Shown here in pieces: positions 38,598-49,812 of a stretch of DNA of 64,000 nucleotides (its first letter is position 1; each line of letters opens with the position of its first letter). The notes beneath the pieces were generated by a model. The model was not told the DNA's origin. It did no database searches and saw nothing but the letters and a program-made list of their open reading frames with translations. The translations under genes and the position numbers were made by a program. Origin of the DNA: Squalus acanthias (Eukaryota); contig CM059425.1 in assembly GCA_030390025.1 (NCBI GenBank), forward strand, positions 51,894,001 to 51,958,000. The letters run 5' to 3'.

Positions 38598-40083
38598 TGT
38601 AGTTATCAAAGCACGCCATCTATAGGTATGAAGTGAAATTACAGTATTGGCCGTGGAAGATGTTTGGAAAACTGAGTGAGCATAATTTGATGTTCTTAAT
38701 TCCTTCGTGATCAACTTCAGGGCTCTGTATACTGATGCATGTATTCATATCAAACAATATTAATCTCGATAGCTAATTCTTGAGTAATGTTAACTTTATC
38801 TGTGCTTTCAATTTTTGGCAGCATTAAAATGTGTAAATATATTTCATAAGTAACCAGCTTGGGTTTTTTTTAATATATAAAGTACACAAAAATTGTGTTG
38901 TGCATATTACAAAATCGATCTTATGCAAGTAAGCCACCTTGATTGAGTAGGAATCATTTGTATACACAAAATTAATTATTCCTTTAAGAACTGGAAATAC
39001 TGCACAAAATTGATGATCCCCTCCAATTTTACCCAAAAAGAAAAAAAGACAGAATGAAAGCAAAAGTCTCTCATTTTTTGGTAGCTCAAATTCTTCACTA
39101 ATGTGAGAAGTGGGCAATCCAGATATTTTCAGTGTTGAGCTGAGCCAAGCCAGAATCCCAGCAGGCATCTGACACACCTCAGTCCAAAGGCAAACTGAAT
39201 GAGAATTACTCTACCCCAAAAGAGAAATTCAATAAAAAGTCAGTATTCTGTACATTATGCATTCACCAGATTCACCTAAACATTAGTTAACAAAACACAC
39301 ACTAAAGCTAGGGGCAGTATGTGCAGTTATCAAGATTTCCCTCAGTAATATGGCAAATCTAATGCAATAGTCTTATGGTCACTCGAGGTCTATCAAATTT
39401 GATAAATGTACTGCAGTAAGGGCAAAAGTTATTAACAAATTGAACTCCTGACTAAATGGCCAGTAACAAATTCTAAAGTCTAGGATTGCCCACTGCTCCA
39501 CTTGTTTTTTTTTTTAAGGTGAATGAGTTTTGTTAGTGATCAATAAAGCGGTCAGATGAGAGGCACATGGTTAAAACTATCAACTGGCTCAGTTAGTTTG
39601 ATTTGTAGAAATAGCTATTTGGTTTTGCAGTGCACCATATTGACTAAACAATTATCCAGACTCATGTGACATAAGGTGTACGCTTAGGTGGCCATCTTCA
39701 CTTTCTTTGACTAGGATGGGCATCCTAATATAAAACTAGTTTAATAAGATAGTCCATATTCCCTTTTCTTTGGGATCAAACGGTAGAGAGGAACCACCTC
39801 TCCAACAATACAGCGGACTAAAGGTATAGATTTAAAAATTTTAAACGTTAACACAGTAAGCAGAGGCGAGGAGAAAAGATGATATAGTCCCAGAATGAGA
39901 AGTGCAATCTATTGCAATCTGCATTCTTTATTCCTTCCAGGACAGGGATGAAAGATAATAAATACCAAAGCAAAATTAAGCAAAGTTCTGTCAAATCTTC
40001 TTTAGCAGCAATATCAAAGAAATACTGTTATATAAAAGTGTGCCATTACTCAGGGTAATAAACTATTTAGAGATCTTATATGA

Positions 40084-40567
40084 TAAAGCTTTGGACACCC
40101 TGACTTCAAACTATGCCCAGCACACTGGCTGGTCAACTATATCTACTTATTTTTCAGAACATAAAACTTCCTTCGCTCAGCCCCGCTTATTAGCGTGTCC
40201 TAGCCAATTATTTTACCTTCAATCAACACCACAAAAAAATAATTATCTGGTCATTATCACACTGCTGTTTGTGGGAGCTTGCTGTGTGCAAATTGGCTGC
40301 CGCGTTTCCTACATTACAACAGTGACTATGCTTCAAAAATACTTCATTGGCTGTAAAGCGCTTTGGGATGTCCGGTGGTCGTGAAAAGCGCTATATAAAT
40401 GCAAGTCTTCCTTCCGGACTGTTCTCGACTGGCCCAAATAAAATCTCATACTCTAATAAGCAGGACTGAGCGAAAGAAGTTTTATGTCCTGAAAAATAAG
40501 TGCAAAGATATAGTTGGCCAGCAAGTGTGCTGGGCATAGTTTGGAAGTCAGGGTGTCCAAAGCTTTA
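40084..40567. repeat. Foldback element with ~115-bp inverted arms and a SINE 3' half (~40220-40410) in the middle
   Basis: taaagctttggacaccctgactt... (40084-40197) is the reverse complement of 40448-40567. Confidence 0.85.
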
Positions 40568-41741
40568 GTAAAAAAGACATAGCATCTTCTCACATGGGTG
40601 AGGTGCTGCATTTAAAGAAGTGACTGTAATCCCAAGTCAAATGAAATTCCAACACAACTTGGGCAGGAATTTTGGATGAGAACGCAAGCCATTGTTATCT
40701 TCATGCCTTAGGAGTCAGAGTTGTTCAACCACAAAATCATGGAACACAGATTTACGTGGCTGAAACAAAGGCAGCACAGAACAAATCTTCCAGGGTGCCA
40801 GTTTTAGATCAAAAGCAAACATAGACTCAAAAAGGATACAAGAGCTTACGGAGTGTCAGGTTTAGGTCTCAAGTCAAAAACGGCAGCAGCTCTGATGTGC
40901 TATGTAAACTTAAAAGATCAGACAGTAACTGCCCTAGTTATCCTCTATTGGTGGGAAGTAAAGGGCACAAATAGCCATCACATTGCAATGGAGACCAACT
41001 TCTATCTCCCATCAAGCAGGATATGAACTAATTCAGAAATTTCTAACTGAGGCATCATAGACAAATCTCTTCCACTCCATTGCAGGAGCCTTTCAATGAC
41101 AGAATCCATTGTGAATTCTCCAGATTAGGGAGATCCAACTGGACGGAGCTGTGCAAGTTAGGCAATTGCCCTACAATCCAATTCTCTAAAGCATAGCTGG
41201 TTTAGCTAATGAGGAACGTACATGTGTAACCCTTTGAGGTGGCGCCATTATAAATATTGAAGACGGAGCATAGTGGACAAGTAGAAATGTAACACCTTGT
41301 ATTTTGAACAGTTGTTTATCACTTAAAACTGTAGACATTTTCTGGGAGCACATCAAGTATAGGTGGAAGTTTGCAGCACAGAAGAAATTATCCCCTTCGT
41401 CCCATTACTCTTCCCTTCCCCCAGAAACTTTTAAATGTATTTATCCACTTCCCTTTCAAAAGCGATTATGGATTCGGCTTCCATTACTGCTGCTGGCAGG
41501 GCATTCCATGTCCTAACAACCCTCTGCATAAAACAAATTCCTAATCTCTCCCTCCATTCTTTTGGTAATGATCTTAAATATAGGCCCCCTTATAACGGAC
41601 ATGCGAGGTTCACAGTCACAGTTCAATTTTTGGAGCTTACTTCCTGCATAATTGTGGGCCCTGAATCAAATTTTCTCAAATTTTGGAACAAATAAAACTG
41701 ACCTAAGCCCGCTTGCTCTTCTGAATAAAATGAAGTAATAA

Positions 41742-42600
41742 CTTGCATTTATTTATCAAACTTAACATAGAAAAACATTCCAAAGCGATTCACAAGCGGC
41801 ATAACCAAAAAAAAAAAAGGATGCTGAACCAAAGGAGCTTGGTGAAAGAGGTGGGTTTTATAGATGGTCTTAAAGGATCAGAAGAATTAGCTTAGAGAGG
41901 GAATGCCAGTGTGTGGGGCCTAGGAATAGCTTAAGACATGGGCACAAATAGTGGTGCAATGGGGGAATGCACAAGAGACCAGAATTAAAGGAACAGAGTG
42001 TTCGGGGGAGGAGCAGATATAGGGCTGGGTGAGGCCATAATGGGAGCCATGGTAAATCAGCGAGGAAAGGAGTGCTGGGCAAGCAGGTCTTCCTGTGGGA
42101 TAGAATAAAGGCAGCAGAGTTTTGGATGAACTAAAGTTTAGAGGGTGGAGGATAGCAGGCTGGCCAGGAGAACATTAGAATAGTCAAGTCTCAGATGGCA
42201 GCTGTGGAAGAGGGTTTCAGCGTCAGATGTGTTGATAGGGCAACGGTGCACAAGGTTCTGGAGATGGCAACAGGTGGTCTTTGTGATGGAGAGGATATGG
42301 GGTTGGTAGCTCAGCTCAGGGTCAAATAGGATGCCATGGCTACAGTCTTGTTCAGCTTGAGACAGTGGCTGAGTTGTCAAGGGTACAGATCCTGCAGCGG
42401 GGGCCAAAGACAATGGTTTCGGTCTTCCCAATGTGTATTCAGTGGAAATTACAGCTAAGCGGTAGAGCCAAGTGTTGTCAGTGTACATGTGGAAGCTGAC
42501 CCCCTATCTGAAGAGGACGTCGCCAAAAGGCTGCATGTAGATGAAGCGAAGGAAGCCAAGGATATTTGTGGGGCTCCGGAGGTGATGTTAAGAGGGCAGA
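41742..42600 (-). mobile_element. Old L2 LINE 3' fragment
   Basis: ORF 42138..42488 has MYTDNTWLY (degenerate YADDTQLY) and RLDYSNVLLA. ORF 41870..42082 has TPFLADLPWLP. Tail aaatgcaag. Confidence 0.78.
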
Positions 42601-43471
42601 AAGAGAGTGAGTAGGCATAAAATTCTTCTCTAAGCCTTCTGGTGCTTTCTTGCTAGCTCGAGCATGCTATAAACATCCTACCTCCTTTAGTGGCATGCAC
42701 TAGGGAAAACAATTAATGGCACAATACACAGGAAAGTCAGAAGCAGCTCCACTAAAGCTACCATCATTATTGGTCACATTCATCCAACAGTGATGGAATC
42801 TCACTGACTAGTAAATACTAGGTGCGAAAGACAGACTTACATTTGTATAGCACCTTATTGCACCACTTAAATCCCTAAAACACTCAACATACAATCAATT
42901 ATTTTGACTAACAGTGACTATTATGTAGGCAAGAATGAAGTGAGGCAAAAGCTATTTGTTTCAAAAACTGAAAACAAGCCATTTGTACAACAATCTACCA
43001 CCAGAGTTAATTCACACACTACAACCTATATTTAAAAAAATATAAAGCTGTCCAAGTTCAGCCCAAAATTTGATGGGCCATAGATTTACGCTCTACTCTT
43101 GACATACTTGACTAGAGACAAGATTTTTCAATTCTCTATCAAAGGATATTAAATTATTCAACAATTCTGATGCTGACCAAAACCTAATAAAAACTTCAGT
43201 GATAAATGACCTTTATAGTCTGCATAGGAGCAAGGAGGACCCTGATTAAGTGAGCTGAATACAGACAATAATGATTGCCAGGCTTTCTTTCTCAAAAGCC
43301 CTTTAATTGTTCAATCAGATACTGCAGCAAAAGCTTCACAAAATGACACTAAAGATGATCCTAGAGGAACCCATCTCCCTGCTCTTCAAAGTTCTACTCA
43401 TTATTTATCCCCAAAGGTAAATTGGTGGATTGAACAGATTTCAACAGAAAGACCACAATATATGTTTACTT

Positions 43472-43755
43472 TGGTAACAAGCCCGGGGGGTTGAGCTGCG
43501 AGAAGGTGGACTTGTGGCTCCTACCGCCCCTCAGGAAAGGTAAGGGGAAGTTGGGTATATAAGGCAAAACCCAGATGGCCAAGGGGCTGGGGGAAGAGAG
43601 AGACAGGAAAAAGAGAAACACAGAGATGCGACTTCAAGCGTTGACTTGTTTCATTGTTATTTATTATTAAATACATACTTGCATGCATCACTGTGTTTCT
43701 AATTTTGTCCGCGCATTGAAGATCATGTTATCTAGGTTTATCTGGGGTTTTCACA
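43472..43755 (+). mobile_element. Possible short solo LTR
   Basis: TATA-like gggtatataagg, a purine-rich tract, ATTAAA and a ...ttcaca end. No clear TSD. Confidence 0.35.
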
Positions 43756-44268
43756 CCTCATTGCCTAAAGCTATCTGACCCTTGGTGCCAGCACACAGCT
43801 TTAGCTAGGGGTTCTTTGAGATCAGCTTAGTTTACCCTACATTCAAACCTTGAATGGAAGTCCACCATTCTATAGTGTACGCCTGTTAATCCACATCTTT
43901 TTGTTTGGAAAACATTGAATTAACTAGTAGTTCAAATTAAGCCATTTTAATTAGACAACAGAGGCAATTTCAATTCAGATTCAACAACTTTGAGTTAAGA
44001 GTAGACTGTATTGCTAGAGCGACTACATGACCCAGAGAGTCATAGATGGTATTGGGGATAAGTTTCCAGCCTGCATTGCATTGTTCCCACTAGCTGCAAG
44101 ATACCTGTTGCTAAATGGCCTGCAAAGGAAGTCTAATATGGGGGAAATCAAACATATGGTATTCAATCGTTTCAAAAATGCTTATCTAGTACCAGAAACC
44201 TCAAGACAGTAATGTACCTCAGCCTTTCCTTCTTGTTTATAGATTTCCTGGCCTTGCACTTAATATTA

Positions 44269-44978
44269 GGGGCTAGAAATTCAGTGCTTTTGCACCTCGT
44301 TAGCGCCCCCAGGGGGCGAAAACTACTTTTCGCCCAGGTGCGGCGTCACTAACGACTCCCGCTAAGTTGAGCGAGAGTTTTGCAGCGGCAGCAACCAGTA
44401 GCGCCCTGCTCCGTTGGCGATGATGACATCATCACGGCGCGCAGCGCCCCGTTTTCACCCTGCCTGCAAAATTGGCTCGCGCCCCCTGAATCTGCGCTGG
44501 GCGACGATAGCGATGATTCAGGGGGCGGGAACGGAGTGGCAGGAGGCTCATGGGGCAATAAGGGGAGGTGGCGGGTGGGGAAAAAAAAATTGTCCGACTT
44601 ACTTTTCGCGACCTGTTGCCTCTTTGAATGCGGGGTCCGTGTCGCGATCTGGCAGCCCGGCACTCTTAGTGTGCTGGGCTGCTGGCACGGCACCCTGCTC
44701 CCCGGTGGTCCAGGTAGGGCCCTGCAGAGTTGTGGGCTTGGGCCCTTAATGAGGGGAAGAGCCCTTCCATACGGCAGCGCTACGTGGCCCAGTGCATAGT
44801 GCTGCAGAACGCACCACCCTGATATTCGGGGTTAGCGCTCTAAGGAGGAAGTGGAGCGCTTGAATTAGCGCTCCACCTCTCGAAGTGCTAAAACTGAATT
44901 TACCGATCACCAGTGCTATTTTTCGCCGGGCGCTAAATGTTAGCGACCCAAAATAGTCGCGAGCGAATTTCCCCCCCC
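44269..44978. mobile_element. MITE family C, copy 2 (inverted relative to 13778-14490)
   Basis: Ends ggggctagaaattc / gaatttccccc. Shares ggcgatgacatca, ggaagtggagcgct and ggcgctaa blocks. CpG-rich. Confidence 0.78.
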
Positions 44979-45548
44979 CCTCGATCTTTAGCCATGGAAG
45001 GAGGTTTACGAGTTACGTTATGATAAGTCATGACTGTTTACCAAATCATATGGCAAAGAGTGTTTCAGATTTAAAAATCTTGTGTGCTGATCACTCAAGA
45101 ATATTCAAATCTCACAACATCTCTTTCCCTATATACACATAACACAGCATCTGGGGTTATTGACAACAGCACAGAAATAAAGAGAAATGCTTCACTACTG
45201 TGTACACCGGGGTATTTGCAGTTTAATGATGAGGAAAGCGTGTTTACAATTTTACCATCGGTGGAAGAATTCTGCAGTTTTTCCACCACTTGTCGTTTCC
45301 AACCTTTTACTCTTTATACTCAAAGAAATACTGCACAGCATGCATGCACAGCAAATAATTACAGCTAATACAACTCTTCAGGAAGAATGTAAGTTCATTA
45401 TAGAATGTCAAAAAGGAACAGTACAAAATGTAAAAATTATCGACCAATTCTGTTTGTAGCACTGCCAGTCACACAGATGATCAAAATTTGTTCAGAGAAC
45501 ATTTAAATGATCTACAAAATAAATCGAGTTTTGTTGAAATTACTGATG

Positions 45549-45554
45549 TTTATT
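45549..45554 (-). terminator. Candidate EXOC5 polyadenylation signal AATAAA (another at 46183-46188)
   Basis: tttatt on + within AT-rich sequence about 900 nt downstream of the stop codon. Usage cannot be shown from DNA alone. Confidence 0.35.
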
Positions 45555-46449
45555 TTTAATGGCAAATAAGATTAAAACTCACTAACTTTGAGAAACAGAA
45601 AAGCATTCCCTCCCATAACTTACAAGTGCAATGACTTTCAGAATGCTCAATTCTTCTTTCTCCTTTAGCAGTTTTATGTTATTGCCACAATGGAGAACAG
45701 TAACCTCAACACCAGAGATGGCAAAGGTAATAGGTTATTTACTAGAGCACTACCTGCAGTAGCTCATTAATACTAAAATTGCTAAGTTAACTTACATACG
45801 AACGGCATAACTGTGCTGCATAGCATCCTCCTCAACCCCTCAACACCCCACTTCTAGACCAACAAAATATCCCATGAAGCAATAACTGCGTTCCATATGC
45901 AGAGGCACCTGCTGTAGCTGTTTAATCAAAGACCTGTATAAACAAATATACTCCTATTAATATAGTGTTACATCTGTGTACAGCAAGAGGAAGTGAATCC
46001 ATTATACCTGGATAAAACACTGTACATTTTCTTCAAATAAGTGTTTATAGAACTGAGTTTTAAACTTAATATTCAGTGCTTCAACAACCTCCCTGATTGT
46101 ATTTAATTATGAACATGAATTTTGTAACATATGCAAAACTTGAGTTATGTTAGTAGCTTCTGATAGGTTCAGCTCCAGATAATTTATTGTTAGAGCATAA
46201 ATTGTGCAAAAATATTACTTGTGTTTAGCTTGGATTAACTCAGCCTCTGTTTTTCAATGAAACCCAGTTCAATAATGGCTGCCTTTTAGTGAAGTCACAA
46301 ATATCCCATCAATTATATTTGTAAATGGCTATGTAACAAGGGTTGGAATGCCCTGTATTTAAAGCTTCCAAAGTTCCAAACAGCCTAAGCCCGAAAAGTC
46401 CAGAACATCAAGCTCTGACACTATATTCTGATTTCAAAAATCAAGGATT

Positions 46450-46638
46450 TCAGCTGAAGTGACGACCAAGACGCGCTGATCTGTAGTCGGACCGTAACTG
46501 CACAAAGGCATGAAGGATGTTCTTGTCAAGATTAGTCAGTTGCTCTCCAGAACAGACCTGCTTAAGGTTGTCAGGTGCTACTACCAGAAGATTACAGAGT
46601 GCATGTAGCGTGTCAAAAAGTTGCAACACCAAGGGGAT
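46450..46638 (-). CDS. EXOC5: EXOC5 terminal coding exon (IPLVLQLFDTLHALCNLLVVAPDNLKQVCSGEQLTNLDKNILHAFVQLRSDYRSARLGRHFS*)
   Basis: Lies within ORF 46450..46665. Acceptor ctttccttacag, ends in TGA. The C-terminus matches the conserved Sec10 end. Confidence 0.97.
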   Translation of the reverse strand: MPLVLQLFDTLHALCNLLVVAPDNLKQVCSGEQLTNLDKNILHAFVQLRSDYRSARLGRHFS

Positions 46639-47929
46639 CTGTAAGGAAAGGCATAAAATGTTCAATTAAAGCAGGAGTTGCAGTAATTCTATAGAGAGCA
46701 AATTGCACCTTTTGTGGGGGGAGGGGGGGGGAGGGAAGAACCATTTGCAACCTGAAGAACGCAGAAGGCATGTACCAAATAGGAGGAACAGTAGTTTTGG
46801 CAGGAAACTTGTTTTTTGTCCAAAAAATACCCACTATCTAGAATCATTTGCTGGGATATATATAAACTTTTCAAAATTAGTTGATGATTAAGTGTGACTG
46901 AGAAACGCTGACAGAAGAGTACAAGAGAAAATGTGTGGTGGTGTGCGCTACATGCAGGTTTATTTAATTACAGATGAATATAGTAGTGGATATCTCATGA
47001 AGCGGTCATGGTAAATCAGAGGATATGCTTTTTTTTTTAAAAAAAGGCAAGAGCATTATACCATGCAACACATCATGTATTATTCTGCTAATGGTGCAAT
47101 TACACTGCATTCTTCAAATTAATGCTTGAATAGATTACAGGTCAGACTGGGATTCACTTTTTTTTTTTAAAAAGTCTAATTCTTATTAAATAAATAGTAT
47201 CAAAGTCACTCAGTTTAATTGTTTGATCAGGAAACCAGATATAGAAATGCCCTGCTCAGTTTCAGTTATAACAAAGTGTGATGTCTGGAGTGTTGATGTA
47301 TCATTTTTGAAAAGCTGGCTTGTTAAGAAATAAAAAAATGTTTACCAAAAAAATCAATTTTAAACTACTTCAGCAGTCAAGTTGTTAAGATACAATATTA
47401 AGTAGGCTTAAAGAAACAAAATAGAAACTGAATTGAAATAAAATGCCTTTTTTGGAGGCAAAGGAACAGAAAAAAGTTATAGAAATGCTACAAATCAGGT
47501 GTGGAGGGATAACATAATTAACTTAGTGGCGAAAGCTCTCACATAGTAACATATTCATAAGGACAATGACAGTACAATTCAGACAAGGTGTTAGGCCTAG
47601 GTGGTTTTATATATTGAAAGTCAGGTTATTTATGGCAAGTTTAAGTGTTTATGAAATAAAGCCAAATTAATGAAAAAAGTTTGCTATTTTGGAATTTCAT
47701 GACAAGCAAAATAGGATACAAATGGGTTTACAATAAATAATGTGAACAAAATGCTGTTTTAGTTGAATAAAAGACCAAAAAAACTGCAAATGCTGAAAAT
47801 CAACCAAAAACAGAAAATGGTGGAAGCACTGATCGGGTCAGTCAGCATCCATTGAGAACACAGACAAGTTAACGTTTCAGCTGTACACCCATCATCAGGT
47901 CCAGCAACACCTCAATTTAAAAATTCTCA

Positions 47930-49440
47930 AATAACAACAGAAAACGCTGGAAAAACTCAGCAGGCCAGGCAGCATCCGTGGAGAGAGAAAGAGAGTTAAC
48001 GTTTCAGGTCGATGACCTTTCATCAGAACTGGGAAGAGCCGGAAATCAAATAGATTTAAGGCCAGGGTAAAGCTGGGAAAAGGGGGAGGGGATAAAGGAA
48101 CAAAGGGGGAGATGAAGAGACATTAAGAGACATTAAGAGATATGCAAGGCTAGAGGTGGTGTTAATGTGACAGATTAAGGCTGAATGAAGTGTGAAATCC
48201 ACTGGCAGAATGAAGGACAGCTGCCAGCTTCTAGGAGGAAAAAAAAAGGTGGGGGGGGACAAATAAAAGGGTGGAAAAAATAAAATATAAATGTGATTGG
48301 AGCTGAGGTTATGATCTAAAATTGTTGAACTCGATATTGAGTCCAGAGGGCTGTAGCGTGCCTAAACGAAAGATGAGGTGCTGTTCCTCGAGCTTACGCT
48401 GCGCTTCCGTGGAACAGTGTAATAGGCCGAGGACGGTGAGGTCAGGGTGGGAGTGAAGCGGTGAATTAAAGTGACAAGCCACCGGGAGCTCGGGGTCACG
48501 CTTGCAGACTGAACGGAGGTGTTCCGCAAAGCGGTCACCCAATCTGCGTTTGGTCTCCCCAATGTAGAGGAGTCCACATCGTGAGCAGCGAATACAGTAT
48601 ACTAAATTGCAGGAAGTACAAGTAAATCGCTGTTTCACCTGGAAGGGGTGTTTGGGGCCCTGGACAGTGGGAAGAGGGGAGGTATAAGGGCATGTGTTGC
48701 ATCTCCTGCGCGTGCACGGGAAGGTGCCGGGCGAAGGGGAAGGGGTGCTGGGGGTGGTAGAGGAGTGGACTAGGGTGTCGCGGAGGGAGCGGTCCCTACG
48801 GAATGCTGAAAGGGGAGGTGAGGGGAAGATGTGCTTGGTGGTGGGATCACGCTGGAGGTGGCGGAAATGGCGGAGGATGATCCGTTGAATGTGGAGGCTG
48901 GTGGGGTGAAAGGTGAGGACAAGGGGAACCCTATCGTGGTTCCGGGAGGGAGGGGCAGGGGTGAGGGCAGAAGTGCGGGAGATAGAACGGACACGGTCGA
49001 GGGGAATCCTCGGTTGAGGAAAAAGGAAGACATGTCGGAAGCACTGGTATGGAAGGTGGCATCATCAGAGCAGATGCGGCGGAGACGGAGAAACTGGGAG
49101 AATGGAATAGAGTCCTTACAGGAGGCGGGGTGGGAGGAAGTGTAGTCCAGGTAGCTGTGGGAGTCGGTGGGCTTGTAGTGAATGTTAGTCAATAACCTAT
49201 CCCCAGAGATGGAGATGGAGAAGTCGAGGAAGGGAAGGGAAGAGTCGGAGATGGACCATGTGAAGGTGAGGGAAGGGTGGAAATTGGAAGCATAGTGAAT
49301 GAAATGTTCTAGTTCAGGGCGAGAGCAGGAGACGGCACCGATACAGTCATCAATGTACCGGAAAAAGAGGTGAGGGAGGGGACCCGAGTAGGACTGGAAC
49401 AAAGAGTGTTCCACATATCCCACGAAAAGGCAGGCATAGC
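47930..49440 (-). mobile_element. Penelope-like retroelement (RT plus GIY-YIG endonuclease), 5'-truncated, in the last EXOC5 intron
   Basis: ORF 48770..49423 has FFRYIDDC, LPFLD and HYKPTD. ORF 48309..48638 has NLVYCIRCSRCGLLYIGETKRRLGDRFAEH...GLN. The 3' pLTR carries a hammerhead. TSD aaaattctca at 47920-47929 and 49444-49453. Confidence 0.93.
47994..48030 (-). ncRNA. Minimal type I hammerhead ribozyme motif
   Basis: AGUU-CUGAUGA-A-AGGUC-AUC-GACCU-GAAACGUU-AACU. It has an intact core, a perfect 5-bp helix II, a palindromic ACGU helix III and a 4-bp helix I. Confidence 0.8.
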
Positions 49441-49812
49441 TTTAAAATTCTCATCCTTGTTTTCAAATCCCTACATGGCCTCACCCCTCCCGATCTCTGT
49501 AACCTCTTCCAGTCCTACAACCCTCCAAGATCTCTGTGCTCCTCCAATTCTGGCCTCTTGCGCATCCGATTTTAATTGCTCCACTACTGGCGGCCATGCT
49601 TTCAGCTGCCTCGGCCCTAAACTTGAATTCTCTCCCTAAACCTCTCCGCCTCTCTCGCTCTCTCCTCCTTTAAGACGCTCCTTAAAACCACATCGGTCCG
49701 AATATCTCATGTGGCTCAATCAAATTTTGTTTGACAACACTCCTGTAAAGAGCCTTGGGACATTTTACTACGTTAAATGCGCTATATAAATGCAAGTTGT
49801 TGTTGGTTGTTG
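49441..49812 (+). mobile_element. L2 LINE 3' end (its first ~30 bp lie at 47900-47929)
   Basis: FKILILVFKSLHGL...RSLCSSNSGLL and GGHAFSCLGPK, with tail gcgctatataaatgcaagttgttgttg. Confidence 0.85.

Noticed and set aside
44349-44799. GC-rich ORFs or a CpG-island promoter
   Set aside because: They lie wholly within a MITE that has a homolog at 13778-14490, and the proteins have no recognisable features.
46639-46665. N-terminal part of ORF 46450..46665 as an independent small gene
   Set aside because: It is the intronic polypyrimidine tract and acceptor of the EXOC5 last exon.
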